Below, piece by piece: positions 36,106 to 47,239 of a stretch of DNA of 64,000 bases. Both the position numbers and the translations under genes were made by a program. The notes beneath the pieces were generated by a model, which searched no databases, was not told the origin of the DNA, and worked only from the letters and a program-made list of their open reading frames with translations. The DNA lies in assembly GCA_964637955.1 (NCBI GenBank), contig CAZWXQ010000001.1:21936-85935 (forward strand), read 5' to 3'. The stretch is from an uncultured Gammaproteobacteria bacterium (GTDB lineage Bacteria > Patescibacteriota > Microgenomatia > Levybacterales > UBA12049). Every line of letters begins with the position of its first letter. The stretch's first letter is position 1.

Positions 36106-37913
36106 AGAAAATCTGGGACATCATCATAATTGGCATTCATGATAATCGTTTCTTTAGGAATATCCAAAATAAATCTAGAGAGAGTATTTGAAGATTGTTG
36201 TCCATAAATTAGTCTTCTTTTTGAATAAGTCATAAAAAGTTTTTGTTTGGCACGTGTTATTCCGACATAACAAAGTCTTCTTTCTTCTTCAAGCTCACTT
36301 TTTTCCATAAGAGATCGTGAGTGAGGAAAAATTCCCTCTTCCATTCCTACCATAAATACGGTTGGGAATTCGAGCCCTTTTGCAGAATGGAGAGTCATAA
36401 ATGTTACGGCATTTGATTTGTCTCCGTTTATTGGGTTATCTGTAAGTTGCTCTTGTTCAACTAAGGAGATGTTTTCCAAAAATCCTGAAAGATTTGGAAA
36501 TTCTATTGCAACTGATCTAAGTTCTTTTATGTTTTCAAGTCTTCCCATATCCTCTTCTTCTTTCGGATCATAAAGAGAGAGATATCCTGTTGCTTCAAGT
36601 ACTTTATCCAAAGTTTCTATAGTGCTATTTTTATCTTTTTCAAATGTTTCCATGAATTCCATAAACTTTTTAAGTCGGGTTTTTCCAATTTTTTCCAGTC
36701 GTTTAAATGAAATATTATCTTTTTCATTATCAATAACACGAAGATATGCTAGTATGTCTTTTATTTCTTTTCTTTCATAAAAACGAGTGCCTCCTACAAG
36801 TGTATACGGCACTCCATGATGAAGAAAGACCTCTTCAATTACACGGGACTGTGCATTTGTTCTGTAAAGAACTGCAACATCCCTTGGTTCAAGGCCTAGA
36901 TTTACTATTTGAGAAATTATGAATTCAGCTTCGTTATGCTCGTTTTGGGCTTCAAAGGTGATTATTTTTTCTCCTTCTGAATTCTGCGTCCAAAGCTTAA
37001 GTACAGGATGGGAGGTGTTTTTTGAGATTACTGAGTATGCAGAATCAAGAATAATTTGGGTTGATCTATAATTTTGTGAAAGATGAAAAGTCTGAACGTT
37101 TTTAAAATCAGTTTTAAATGTAATTAGGTTTTGAAAATTTGCTCCTCGAAAACTGTAAATACTTTGTGAGAAGTCTCCAACAACACAGATATTTTTCCAT
37201 CTTTGCGAAAGCTTCTTTGTCAGCATATATTGAGCTTTATTTGTATCCTGGTATTCATCTACTAGGATATATTTATATTTTTCCTGATACTTTTTAAGGA
37301 TATCTGGATTTTTATCAAAAAGCTCAATTGTTCTTCCCATGAGGTCATCAAAGTCCACTGCGTTATTTTCTTTTAGAATCCTTTGATAAAATGGATAAAT
37401 TTTAGAAACAGTTTCTTGAAAATAACCTCGTGCCAAATTTAAATATTCAAGATCACTAATCATTTGGTTTTTTGCCTGTGAAATCGTCGAAAGAACTGAA
37501 TAAGGCTTAAAATCCTTGGTTGAAACATTTGCCCTTGCCATAGCCTCTTTTACAGCGTCAACAGAGTCTTGTGTATCATATATAGTGAACTTTTCGGAAA
37601 ATCCGATATGTTTTCCTTCGATTCTTAGAATTCTAGCGCAAATAGAATGAAAAGTGCCAATTGTAGGTTTAATGCTGTCTCCACAAAGCTTTGCAATTCT
37701 TTCTTTCATTTCAGCTGCAGCCTTATTTGTAAAAGTAACCATTAAAATATTTGTAGGATCTACGTTTTTCTTTTGGATTAAATAAATTACTTTGTAAGTT
37801 AAAACACGTGTTTTTCCACTGCCTGCACCTGCTAGAATAATCATAGGACCATCTGTAGCTTTTACTGCATTTTGTTGTTCAATATTTAGATCCTTGAGAA
37901 TATCAATTTCCAT
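36102..37913 (-). CDS. pcrA: ATP-dependent DNA helicase PcrA/UvrD
   Basis: AGAGSGKT, TFTNKAA, VDEYQD, QNYRST, LYRTN, MTLHSAKGLEF, EEERRLCYVGITRA. Confidence 0.95.
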   Translation of the reverse strand: MEIDILKDLNIEQQNAVKATDGPMIILAGAGSGKTRVLTYKVIYLIQKKNVDPTNILMVTFTNKAAAEMKERIAKLCGDSIKPTIGTFHSICARILRIEGKHIGFSEKFTIYDTQDSVDAVKEAMARANVSTKDFKPYSVLSTISQAKNQMISDLEYLNLARGYFQETVSKIYPFYQRILKENNAVDFDDLMGRTIELFDKNPDILKKYQEKYKYILVDEYQDTNKAQYMLTKKLSQRWKNICVVGDFSQSIYSFRGANFQNLITFKTDFKNVQTFHLSQNYRSTQIILDSAYSVISKNTSHPVLKLWTQNSEGEKIITFEAQNEHNEAEFIISQIVNLGLEPRDVAVLYRTNAQSRVIEEVFLHHGVPYTLVGGTRFYERKEIKDILAYLRVIDNEKDNISFKRLEKIGKTRLKKFMEFMETFEKDKNSTIETLDKVLEATGYLSLYDPKEEEDMGRLENIKELRSVAIEFPNLSGFLENISLVEQEQLTDNPINGDKSNAVTFMTLHSAKGLEFPTVFMVGMEEGIFPHSRSLMEKSELEEERRLCYVGITRAKQKLFMTYSKRRLIYGQQSSNTLSRFILDIPKETIIMNANYDDVPDFL

Positions 37914-37945
37914 ACTTTATAATTAGTCTTGTCCCATTGTAACAT

Positions 37946-38611
37946 ATGAAAAAACTTATAAATGCAGCTAACTGGAAGTCTAATATGACTAAATTTGAGG
38001 CTAAAGGTTGGTTAGAAAATTTTAGCTTGCTTGATCATCCTTCGGAATCAGAAACAGTTTTATTTGCCCCTTTTACTTTATTGGATATGCTTTCAAGCTA
38101 TATAAGAATTAATGATGTATTGCCAGTTAACCTGGGAGCTCAAGATATATCCCCATTTGATAAAGGAGCTTTTACGGGAGAAATAAATGCTGATCAAATT
38201 AAAGAATTCGGAAATTTTGTATTAATTGGCCATTCGGAAAGAAGATCAAATTTTAATGAGAGTAATGATTTAATAAATAAAAAGATTGAAAAAGCTCTTA
38301 GTGCAGGACTAAGGGTTATAGTTTGTGTCTCAAACCTGGAACAAGTTAAAGCCTTAAATTCTAGTGAAATTATCATCGCATATGAACCCTTATCAGCAAT
38401 AGGAACCGGAAATGCTGAAAATCCGGAAGATGTAAAATCGTTTGTTGATAATATTAAAGAAATTAAAAATGTTAAAGTAATTTATGGAGGAAGCGTAAAG
38501 GCAGAAAATGTAAATCAGTACACCTCACTTGAAAATATAGAAGGAGTTTTGGTAGGATCAGCTAGTCTTGACGCAAATTCTTTTTCATCTCTGATAAAAA
38601 ATGCTTTTTAA
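37946..38611 (+). CDS. tpiA: Triosephosphate isomerase
   Basis: ANWK, GAFTGE, GHSERR, AYEP..AIGTG, YGGSV, LVGSASL. Confidence 0.95.
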   Translation: MKKLINAANWKSNMTKFEAKGWLENFSLLDHPSESETVLFAPFTLLDMLSSYIRINDVLPVNLGAQDISPFDKGAFTGEINADQIKEFGNFVLIGHSERRSNFNESNDLINKKIEKALSAGLRVIVCVSNLEQVKALNSSEIIIAYEPLSAIGTGNAENPEDVKSFVDNIKEIKNVKVIYGGSVKAENVNQYTSLENIEGVLVGSASLDANSFSSLIKNAF

Positions 38612-39707
38612 AAAAATTCTCGTATTTCTTTCACTTTTTCTGATCTTAGGTCTTGAGGTTGTGGTCAAAGGAGGATTTATTTCTCCAATTCTTTTTCAAG
38701 TTTTGTTTAATAAAAATATAGAGTTAAAGAAAACAGCAGTCGAAGATCAATCAATAAATATTTTACTTTTAGGAATTGGTGGAGGAAATCATGAAGGGCC
38801 GAAGCTCACTGATACGATTATCCTAGCTAATCTAAATTTGAAAGACAAAAAAGTTAGTTTAGTTTCACTCCCAAGAGATATCTGGTCATTTGATTTAAGA
38901 GATAGAGTCAATTCTGCATACGCACGTGGTGAGTCGAAAAAAGAAGGCGGAGGATTAGTTCTCGCAGAATCAATTGTAAGTAAAATTACAGGACAGAGCG
39001 TTAACTATGGAATCGTTATAGATTTTTCAGGGTTTACAAAATCTGTCGATCTTATGGGAGGGCTGGATATTAATGTTGATAAAGCTTTTGATGACAAACA
39101 ATATCCTATTACAGGAAACGAAAATGAACTATGTGGCCACACAGAAGAAGAAGTTAAAGAATTTACTGCAAGTAATTCTGCTGAAACAGAGCTTCCAGAT
39201 TTTTTCCCATGTCGATATGAGCACTTACGTTTTGAAAAAGGTGAACAGCATATGGATGGAGAAACAGCTCTAAAATTTGTAAGGTCTCGTCACGCATTAG
39301 GATCTGAGGGAACAGATTTTGCACGATCTCAAAGACAAGAGAAAGTAATTAAAGCATTTATGGACAAAGCATTTTCCCTCAAGATAATTGGAAATCCCAC
39401 TAAAATAATTGGTCTTTATAATACAGTTAAAGATTCGATCGATACTGATATTCCTCAAGAAGAATTTGATGATTTCATAAAATTAGGTCAAAAGTTTCAG
39501 AATGCGAAGCTCCAGAGCGTGGTAATTGATTATGGAGATGAAGAGGAAAAAAGAGGAGGATTACTTACGCATCCACCAACAAGTGAAAAATATGATTATA
39601 AGTGGACTTTGGTTCCTAGAATTGGCGAAAATGATTTTTCAGAAATTCATGAATATGTAAAATGCAGATTTACTAGAGTAGATTGTATAGTTTCAGAAAT
39701 TCCTTAA
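38601..39707 (+). CDS. LCP (LytR-CpsA-Psr) family protein
   Basis: ILLLG, TDTII, SLPRD, MDGETALKFVRSR, DFARSQRQ. Confidence 0.9.
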   Translation: MLFKKILVFLSLFLILGLEVVVKGGFISPILFQVLFNKNIELKKTAVEDQSINILLLGIGGGNHEGPKLTDTIILANLNLKDKKVSLVSLPRDIWSFDLRDRVNSAYARGESKKEGGGLVLAESIVSKITGQSVNYGIVIDFSGFTKSVDLMGGLDINVDKAFDDKQYPITGNENELCGHTEEEVKEFTASNSAETELPDFFPCRYEHLRFEKGEQHMDGETALKFVRSRHALGSEGTDFARSQRQEKVIKAFMDKAFSLKIIGNPTKIIGLYNTVKDSIDTDIPQEEFDDFIKLGQKFQNAKLQSVVIDYGDEEEKRGGLLTHPPTSEKYDYKWTLVPRIGENDFSEIHEYVKCRFTRVDCIVSEIP

Positions 39708-41833
39708 TTTAACTTATAGATTTTTGTGTCGTTACTTTCGTAGATTAATTTTCCAAGTTTATTAAATTTTTCTTCAGAAATTTTATATTTTTCATTCTCT
39801 AAAACACCAATATAAATATAGGAGATATTATATTTATCTATAATTCCTTTTGCTAAATTCATGTCGGTTGTTTCATATAAATTTGTTATATCATTAAATC
39901 GTTTCGAAGGAGTATCATAACTTCCGCGCCACAGCCATTCATGAACTGTCCATCCTAGAACTGTAGGAAGTCCTGTATTTGCAGATATTCTAGCAAAGTC
40001 AGTGTATGAATCTCCCTGAGCCTCTAAGATAACTGGTTGTCCTCCAATAGTATTATTAATAAATTTAATTGCTTTATAATCTTCAGGCTTGATAACTTCA
40101 AGATATTTTAATCCATCAAGTCCTTTGTATGTCTTTAGATTTCCGTATCCTGAAGGGATTGCAAAATAAGGATAAATTGAAACTAAGAAAAGTAATATTA
40201 CTCCCCAAAATATGAAAATTGCATATCCAATTTTCCCAAGTGAACTTTTTGCTCCATTTTCCCTGAGAGAAGATAGGACTCTAATGATTGTATAAACGCT
40301 TGAAATGGAAAGCATTATAAATGCCTGATAGGATAGTTTAAACATGGTGTTAGCTCTAAAATGTCCTGTGTATATATCTTTTAGATAGATTATTTCAGGA
40401 GCCAAAATGAGGAGTAGTGAAAATAACGAAATTGTAAGTATGAAATAATCTGAAATTATTAATTTTTTTCTAAGTAGAAAAATCATGAGAGAAATTACCA
40501 TAAAAATAAAAAAACCATAAAGAATAAATAAAGTCCAAATTGGAGAAATTTGACAGAAATCTTTCTCAAAAATTAACGGCCCTATCTTTCCAATCTTAAT
40601 TAAAAAATTTGGAGAACAATTTAATCCAATTCCAGAAGCAAAAGGAGCAAAATTTTTATTGAACATAAAAGAAAATACAAAAAAAGATACCACTAGAAGC
40701 AAGACTGGTTTGATCGATTTGAGAGCGGAATTTATAAATTTTCTCACAACTTTCCCATTTTGATTTAGTAAATTTATTAAGAAAATAAAAATAAAACTTA
40801 ATCCCAGATAGATTAGTCCATCCCAAGCGTTTGTCATATAGGCTATGGAGAGTAAAAACGATAATAAAAGAGTTACTGAATATGAAACTTTTTTATTAAA
40901 GATTAAAACTAAGAATAAGCTAATCATAGTAAGGACTACAGGTATATCTAGGACATGTCCATGAAGATCTGCTACCACAAATGAATACAGAGGAAATTCA
41001 TGAATAGTATGATAAATAAATCTGGTGGCGCTTGGATACCAATAAGAATTTGGAAAAGTTGCAAGAGATAGTTTTAAATCCCAAAGAGGCTTTGGATATT
41101 CGGACTCATAATGAGCAAAGATTGAATATAGTGTTTGCAAATTTCCGGCAAATGAAACTACATATGCGAAGAAAAGACCTAAAATAAATGATTTTTTAAT
41201 TGAAAACTTTTTAATTTTATCGATAAGATTTATTCCAATTGAAAATGACATTGAAAAAGTAAATGCAAAAATTGTTGCAAGCATCAGGTTAAATGAAATT
41301 AAGGATGGAATACTGGAAATTTTTGTTGCAACTGCGGTAAACAAATGACCAAAGTAATAATAATTAATTGATAGTGGCGTTAGCCACATATCTCGTGGAG
41401 GAAAATATTCAGATCTTAAAATAGAGTTGATAAATCCAAAGTCCATATATTTTTCTAGATCATGAATGTCAGGATTAAATCCTTTAATATATGACCACAA
41501 GAAAAGTGCAAGAAGAAAAATAATTTCTTCAATGATAAAAAATTTAATATCTCTTTTATTAATTATTTTTTTATTTTTAATTAATAATATTTGTGGTATT
41601 AAAAGCACGATCCAAACAAGTAAGATATTTAATTGATTAAATTTGAGTATATGAAGTGAGCCGAGAATAAAAACTGAATATGAAATAATAAGTAAGCCAA
41701 TAACTTTTGAGAAAATATAACCTTTATCTAAGAAGTTTGAAAAAATCTTAGTGGTAAGAGGTAGAAAACTAATACCAATTAGCAGAAAGACTGCCCACCA
41801 TTTGAATACAAAAATAATCTCTAATCCTGTCAT
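39704..41833 (-). CDS. DUF2298 (YYY-motif) GT-C-like membrane protein
   Basis: EKYMDFGF, PPRDMW, NYYYFGH, IHEFP, DLHGH, NTMFK, TGLPTVLGW. Confidence 0.85.
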   Translation of the reverse strand: MTGLEIIFVFKWWAVFLLIGISFLPLTTKIFSNFLDKGYIFSKVIGLLIISYSVFILGSLHILKFNQLNILLVWIVLLIPQILLIKNKKIINKRDIKFFIIEEIIFLLALFLWSYIKGFNPDIHDLEKYMDFGFINSILRSEYFPPRDMWLTPLSINYYYFGHLFTAVATKISSIPSLISFNLMLATIFAFTFSMSFSIGINLIDKIKKFSIKKSFILGLFFAYVVSFAGNLQTLYSIFAHYESEYPKPLWDLKLSLATFPNSYWYPSATRFIYHTIHEFPLYSFVVADLHGHVLDIPVVLTMISLFLVLIFNKKVSYSVTLLLSFLLSIAYMTNAWDGLIYLGLSFIFIFLINLLNQNGKVVRKFINSALKSIKPVLLLVVSFFVFSFMFNKNFAPFASGIGLNCSPNFLIKIGKIGPLIFEKDFCQISPIWTLFILYGFFIFMVISLMIFLLRKKLIISDYFILTISLFSLLLILAPEIIYLKDIYTGHFRANTMFKLSYQAFIMLSISSVYTIIRVLSSLRENGAKSSLGKIGYAIFIFWGVILLFLVSIYPYFAIPSGYGNLKTYKGLDGLKYLEVIKPEDYKAIKFINNTIGGQPVILEAQGDSYTDFARISANTGLPTVLGWTVHEWLWRGSYDTPSKRFNDITNLYETTDMNLAKGIIDKYNISYIYIGVLENEKYKISEEKFNKLGKLIYESNDTKIYKLN

Positions 41834-43095
41834 AATTTAATAAATAATTTTATATTTCTTCTAATATCTGGAACTAGTACTATACCTGTAAGAATTAAAA
41901 TTGGCAAGATTTGTAAAAGTGAAACCATTTTCCAAGTTGTAAAAGTAGGATCTACGCCTAGCACTTTATCGCTAATAATTCCAATGTTTAATAATCTAAA
42001 GATGAAGAAAGTATTTGGAAGGCTGATTATTAAAATTAAAATTCTAGAAATTCTAGATTGAAATTCAACAAGCGTTAAAAGACAAATTGCCAAAACAGGA
42101 CCAAGAACACTAAAGTGATATTGAAAAATCAGATCATAAAAAAATAAGAAATAAACTACTAGTAGGAAAATCGATTTTTCAATTTTTATTTTTTTATCAA
42201 ATGATAAGATATAAATTGAAATAAGTGATAATATTTTTAAAATCCGTATTTGATTGATTGAAAAGCCAAAGCCGTTCCTGAGTAGGGCATCAAGAGAAAG
42301 AAAATCAATTCCTTTGGTAGCTATTGGAGTAAGTAGGTGATAAAAAATATTATTCGTATAATAATCGCCTAAACCTAAAAGATTAAAAGTAAGAGTTGAA
42401 ATTAAAAATATAGAAAGACCAATAATCGCAAGTTTTTTTTCTTTTTTAATTATTAAAACAGGAAGAAAGAGAAGACTAACTGGTTTCGCAATAAGAGTTA
42501 TAAAATAGAAAATTCCACCCTCAAGCTTGCTCTTATGTTTAGTCAAGTTAATTAAGAAAAATAAAATAAAAATATTAAATAAGAACTGAAACTGAGAGAT
42601 TTTTATTTCATTATATTGAGAAAAGAAAATAAGAAAGATAAAGATTGCAAAAGCTAAATATTTATTTTCTATAAAATTTTTATATATATAGAAAACACTG
42701 AATAGAGATATGAATATTTTAAAAATAATCCAGGCATTTATAGAAATTTCAGGATTAGTTAGAATTAATGCCCCGCCTAATATTATGGTTAAGAGTGGAT
42801 GGTAGACATTTAAATTTGTAACATAGTTTTTCGCATATGGTTCAAATCCATTCAGTAGCGTGCCATCTAATCCTCCGCCATTTATAAATGCATATGCTCC
42901 ATTAGGAATTTGATAAAAATCTAATCCTTGGCAACAGTGATGAATTGAGCTACCAAAAAAGAAAAAATCTAAAAAATGTGTTGAGAGAGCAGAAATATTA
43001 AATAAAAAATAAATTATAAATCCCAAAATTACAAGCTTACTTTTTATTACGTAATAAATAAATCTGTTAAGTTCAGACATAAAATTTAATAACAA
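41830..43095 (-). CDS. GT-C (GT87-like) polytopic membrane protein
   Basis: DF..., YHP loop, multiple TM, KP motif; start uncertain. Confidence 0.6.
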   Translation of the reverse strand: MLLNFMSELNRFIYYVIKSKLVILGFIIYFLFNISALSTHFLDFFFFGSSIHHCCQGLDFYQIPNGAYAFINGGGLDGTLLNGFEPYAKNYVTNLNVYHPLLTIILGGALILTNPEISINAWIIFKIFISLFSVFYIYKNFIENKYLAFAIFIFLIFFSQYNEIKISQFQFLFNIFILFFLINLTKHKSKLEGGIFYFITLIAKPVSLLFLPVLIIKKEKKLAIIGLSIFLISTLTFNLLGLGDYYTNNIFYHLLTPIATKGIDFLSLDALLRNGFGFSINQIRILKILSLISIYILSFDKKIKIEKSIFLLVVYFLFFYDLIFQYHFSVLGPVLAICLLTLVEFQSRISRILILIISLPNTFFIFRLLNIGIISDKVLGVDPTFTTWKMVSLLQILPILILTGIVLVPDIRRNIKLFIKL

Positions 43096-44723
43096 TTATC
43101 AGCAGTTTTATATATTGTATATTTTTCATCAGGATTATTATAAATCGAAGTAAATTCGTTTTCCCACAATGAAGATATTGGAGGCAAGTCAGGATTTGGT
43201 GTATTTTCAATTTTAATTTCTATATAATCTAAATTATTTAATTTTAGTAAATTGCATGCCTGAAATTTATTATTTGATCCCAAAATTTCTTTTAGCACAT
43301 CCCCTCTTTTATAGGTATCATAGCCTTGTGACCATGCAAAATATGGCCATCCAAAGAAAACTTTCCTGCCTGCAAGTGAAGGTGGATCATATAGATAAAT
43401 AGTATTTAAAAATGTTGCATTTTTTGGAGTATTGTTTAAAATCCAGGCAGCATTTGGGTTTGATCTCACATCATGAATTGTAATTTTATGATCATTTAAG
43501 AGAGGAAAAAAATCTATAATCCCACCAAAGATCATAAAAAAAGCAAAAATTATTGCTACAGGTTTTAGTAAATTATTTTTTTTCCAAATTAAATAAATTG
43601 CAAAGGCACAATACATATTTGTAATCAACGCAAAAAAATTGAAGAACTTATGATTTGCAGCAATTTCTGGAGAGAATTGAATTAAATTACCTATAATAAA
43701 AAGTGGGATAAAAGAAATTAGAAATTTCTTTTGATTTCTATTGGCTAAAATAAATCCAATTGGAATTAGAAAAAATGAAATCCCCAAATTATAAATCCAA
43801 AACTGTGTGAATTTAAAATAAGTAAATTCATTTGCAACTAAATATCCTGGATGAAAAAACATCTTAAAACCTTCTGAAGAATTTAAGTACATATATTGAG
43901 GAAATGCGATTATCGCTGTGATTATTAATAATAAAATTGAATATTTTCTAATCTGTTTAAATAAAATGGCTAAAAAGAATATTGTTGAAGCGGTCATGAT
44001 AAATACTGCCATGTGAAGAAAAAAAGAAAGTCCGAGTAAAATTCCTAGAATAATAAAAACTTTTATTTCAGGTCGTTCTTTTTTAAATATCGGTTTTAAT
44101 ATCAAATAAATTATGAGCAAAGATAATCCAAAAGAAACTGCTAGATGTCTTTGATTTGTATAAATATTAAGATTCCAAAAAGCGGAAACAATACCTTTAT
44201 CATAAGGAGCAAATGATTGGAAATTATCAATAAGTGGAATATTCTCAATTGAATTTAGGGTAAGTGGATTGTTTTTGAAGTAATAATAGTATGAAATTGA
44301 GGAATTAAAAATAAAAAATATCACACTTAATAATCCTACTAATCTTGATTTAAATACAGTTTTTGCTAATATAAAGATCATAAAGCATAGAAAAATAAAT
44401 CCTAAAATTGATGGTATATTTAATGCTAAATCAATTGGAAGTCCAAATTTTTCAAGCAGCCCTACTCCAAAATAAAATAAAAAATGATATTTAATTGCTT
44501 CACCCGAAAAAAGAGGATACTCTGGAGGAAAGTTTACTCCATAAGAAAATGATCTGATAAGTGGAATGTGACTTGCGAAATCACTCCATGATTTTGTCGA
44601 GATCATAAGTGAATCATTTTCTTTCGAAAAAGAAGAGAACATTAAGAAGCTTCCAATAATTAGGCCAATTAAGATTACAAGGATTTCAAAGTAATGTTTG
44701 CGGAAAAATTCATTAATTCTCAC
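43086..44723 (-). CDS. GT-C-like polytopic membrane protein
   Basis: WSDFASH, FPPEYP, YHFLF, C-terminal WI.NNTP..LAGR domain. Confidence 0.7.
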   Translation of the reverse strand: MRINEFFRKHYFEILVILIGLIIGSFLMFSSFSKENDSLMISTKSWSDFASHIPLIRSFSYGVNFPPEYPLFSGEAIKYHFLFYFGVGLLEKFGLPIDLALNIPSILGFIFLCFMIFILAKTVFKSRLVGLLSVIFFIFNSSISYYYYFKNNPLTLNSIENIPLIDNFQSFAPYDKGIVSAFWNLNIYTNQRHLAVSFGLSLLIIYLILKPIFKKERPEIKVFIILGILLGLSFFLHMAVFIMTASTIFFLAILFKQIRKYSILLLIITAIIAFPQYMYLNSSEGFKMFFHPGYLVANEFTYFKFTQFWIYNLGISFFLIPIGFILANRNQKKFLISFIPLFIIGNLIQFSPEIAANHKFFNFFALITNMYCAFAIYLIWKKNNLLKPVAIIFAFFMIFGGIIDFFPLLNDHKITIHDVRSNPNAAWILNNTPKNATFLNTIYLYDPPSLAGRKVFFGWPYFAWSQGYDTYKRGDVLKEILGSNNKFQACNLLKLNNLDYIEIKIENTPNPDLPPISSLWENEFTSIYNNPDEKYTIYKTADNCY

Positions 44724-46002
44724 TTAGAATATAATCCGTTATTTTTTCTCCTAATTCAACTGCGTAATTTGTGCCCCTATCCCATGGATAAACCTGTTCA
44801 ATATTTGCCAAATAAATATTTTTAAATGGAGTTTTCATTGGTGGAATCATCTTGGAATAGTTGGTAGGAATAATTGGTTGAGCAAATGGTGCTTTAAACA
44901 ATTCATAGTTAAGTAAAGTTTTTTTATAATTTGGATTTATCTTTTTAAGAAAAGGGTCAAAAAGTTTTAAAACCTCATCTTTATTCATTGCAAATCTTTC
45001 AGATGATGGATCCAGATAATTTCCAAGATAAACTAAAAATTCATTATTATAGTGTTTTTTATCCATAAAATTAGTATGTTCGACAATTGCCATTATGGGA
45101 GATTTTGGGTCGCAAACGCTTACCCAATAGGTTCCGTCTCCAAAAAACGATTTATTTAATCTTAGAACCAAATTTGTAGCACCAATTCCTCGAAGTTTTG
45201 AAAATTTTTGCTTATAACTTTGTGGAAGATCCTTGGTGATATTTAGAAATAAAAATGATGGCAGAGTGAAGATCACTTTATCAAATTCATATTCTAATAC
45301 TTTTTTTCCTTCTTTAATTTTTACACTTACTTTTTTATTCTTTATTTCTTTAACTTCAATTACCTCAGAGTTAAATTTTACCGTTCCATCTTTTTTCTCA
45401 ATCTCCTTTACCAAATGATTTGCAAAATTTAAAAACCCACCTTCAGGATAAGCAAGGGAAGGTGTTCTCTTGACAATTCTTGCCCAAAACCATGCAAGTG
45501 AAATATCATTTGCATATGGACCAAATTTGTTTTTAAAAAGTGGTTCCCAAATCATTTCATATCCTTTTCGTCCAATTGTCCTCGGTAGAAATTTTGTAGC
45601 ATTAAATTTTTCAAGAGGTTTCCAGAAGGGATCAAATTTTATAAGTCCAATCACTACACCCATTCGGAGTCTATCAATTACAGATAATTTGGGGAACATC
45701 AAAACTTCTTTGGGAGAGTCAAATTGATATATTTTTTCATCGACATATACAGAAGTCTTAGGTCTCTTTATAATTACTTTGTGGTTGATTTTTTTTGCTA
45801 AATCTAAAACAGATTTGTCATTCGTGAACCAGTGATGATAATGCTTCTCGAGAGTCCAATCCCATTTCTTATCAGTAAATCCAAGTGCGAGCCCTCCTGG
45901 TATTTCATCTCTCTCAAAAACAAATACTTCATGACCTTTATTTGCTAAGTTATATCCTGCAGAAAGCCCTGTAAATCCGGCACCAATAATACCTATTTTC
46001 AT
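44713..46002 (-). CDS. FAD-dependent oxidoreductase (amine oxidase/HemY-like)
   Basis: IGIIGAGFTGL, YHHWF, YPEGGF, YPWDRGTNYAV. Confidence 0.85.
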   Translation of the reverse strand: MKIGIIGAGFTGLSAGYNLANKGHEVFVFERDEIPGGLALGFTDKKWDWTLEKHYHHWFTNDKSVLDLAKKINHKVIIKRPKTSVYVDEKIYQFDSPKEVLMFPKLSVIDRLRMGVVIGLIKFDPFWKPLEKFNATKFLPRTIGRKGYEMIWEPLFKNKFGPYANDISLAWFWARIVKRTPSLAYPEGGFLNFANHLVKEIEKKDGTVKFNSEVIEVKEIKNKKVSVKIKEGKKVLEYEFDKVIFTLPSFLFLNITKDLPQSYKQKFSKLRGIGATNLVLRLNKSFFGDGTYWVSVCDPKSPIMAIVEHTNFMDKKHYNNEFLVYLGNYLDPSSERFAMNKDEVLKLFDPFLKKINPNYKKTLLNYELFKAPFAQPIIPTNYSKMIPPMKTPFKNIYLANIEQVYPWDRGTNYAVELGEKITDYILSEN

Positions 46003-46073
46003 ATTTATAAATTTAATCTTAGTTGTTTATCATCAGTAATTATAGCAAAATAAATTTATAACATTACTGTCTT

Positions 46074-46934
46074 TTATAAATTTATAGGAGTTGTATTTTT
46101 TATTGATTGACCCGAAGATTTAGTTTTAAGTTTAGAGGAAAATTCAGGAAATTTTGCATTATCCCTCGTATCTTTTGGTGAATTATCGTTTATTTCAGAG
46201 AAATCATAATTATTTGAAATCGTAATTATTGGTATGTCAGATAATAAATCAGTGGAAAGTTGGATTTTTGAATTTTGATTTTCTGCAAAAATATCTATAT
46301 TTACCGGCATATTTTCGCCAAATTCATACAAGCTTTCTAAATCAAAATTCTTTAAATTATTTAGTTGAATAGCATAGGATCCAGTATCATCGATAAGCGT
46401 TGATAAAATTTGAGCTCCGCTTATTTTAATTACGACTATTCCATCTTTAGGAACTAGGCCATCAGAAGTAATTACTTTGCCAGAGATTAGATTTTGAATA
46501 TTCGATATCTCCCCAAATGTAGAAGAAGTCTTTGTCACATAAGGATCATCGTTATTTGAGTATGTTTTATTTCCCGAAGTAATTGTGTAGTAATACCTAG
46601 AGTCAGGTTTTAAATTATCAACAGTGATCATGTGAGTTTGATGTTTGCCAACTGATCCAGATTCTTTATCTCTATTGTCAATATTTTTTATGTTTAGATT
46701 TTTTGGATTCTCTCCGGAATTTATCGTCCCAATTACTTCGTCATCTGTGGTATAGGTTATGGTAAAGCCCGTATCTGAAATATTTGAAACTTCAATATTT
46801 TTGGGCGTTTGGCCAGGTCCTGCATTAACTTGAAGAGAATTTCCTCCTTTAATTAAAAAAGTCGTAGCTATTATTCCAGTTGTGATTACTAGAACTGCTA
46901 AGATTGAGGGAATTTTTCTATCTAAGAGTCTCAT
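46074..46934 (-). CDS. Fibronectin type III domain exported protein
   Basis: N-terminal TM; P.NI.VSNI...FTITY, H...NLKP..YYY.I. Confidence 0.75.
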   Translation of the reverse strand: MRLLDRKIPSILAVLVITTGIIATTFLIKGGNSLQVNAGPGQTPKNIEVSNISDTGFTITYTTDDEVIGTINSGENPKNLNIKNIDNRDKESGSVGKHQTHMITVDNLKPDSRYYYTITSGNKTYSNNDDPYVTKTSSTFGEISNIQNLISGKVITSDGLVPKDGIVVIKISGAQILSTLIDDTGSYAIQLNNLKNFDLESLYEFGENMPVNIDIFAENQNSKIQLSTDLLSDIPIITISNNYDFSEINDNSPKDTRDNAKFPEFSSKLKTKSSGQSIKNTTPINL

Positions 46935-46935
46935 G

Positions 46936-47238
46936 TTATTGGTTTTCCTCTAGAGTGATATCTATATTGGCAGAATCACTAGCCTCACCTTGATTAATAT
47001 TTGATTCAGAAGAAGTTGCATCATTAACTAATATTCCATTTGCGGGATTAACTCTTTTTCTTTCTTTAACCTCCGAAATTGTTTTACTATCAAAGTTTCC
47101 TTTAATTGGAATTATTTGATAGGTTAGGGGATCTGTGATCGTAGATGAAACATAGTTATGGTATACATTAAAAACTACCCAACAAATTGTAAGTATAAAA
47201 ACTGGAATAAGTAAAATTGTAATTTGTCTTTGTTTCAT
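46936..47238 (-). CDS. Small single-TM protein downstream of pilO
   Basis: Operon position, one TM. Confidence 0.6.
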   Translation of the reverse strand: MKQRQITILLIPVFILTICWVVFNVYHNYVSSTITDPLTYQIIPIKGNFDSKTISEVKERKRVNPANGILVNDATSSESNINQGEASDSANIDITLEENQ

Positions 47239-47239
47239 T

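Noticed and set aside
37997-38004. GAGGCTAA inside tpiA (also at 56416 before the dus start)
   Set aside because: Lacks the GCTCC core and N17-GAAC arm; chance hits, showing the 8-mer alone is not diagnostic.
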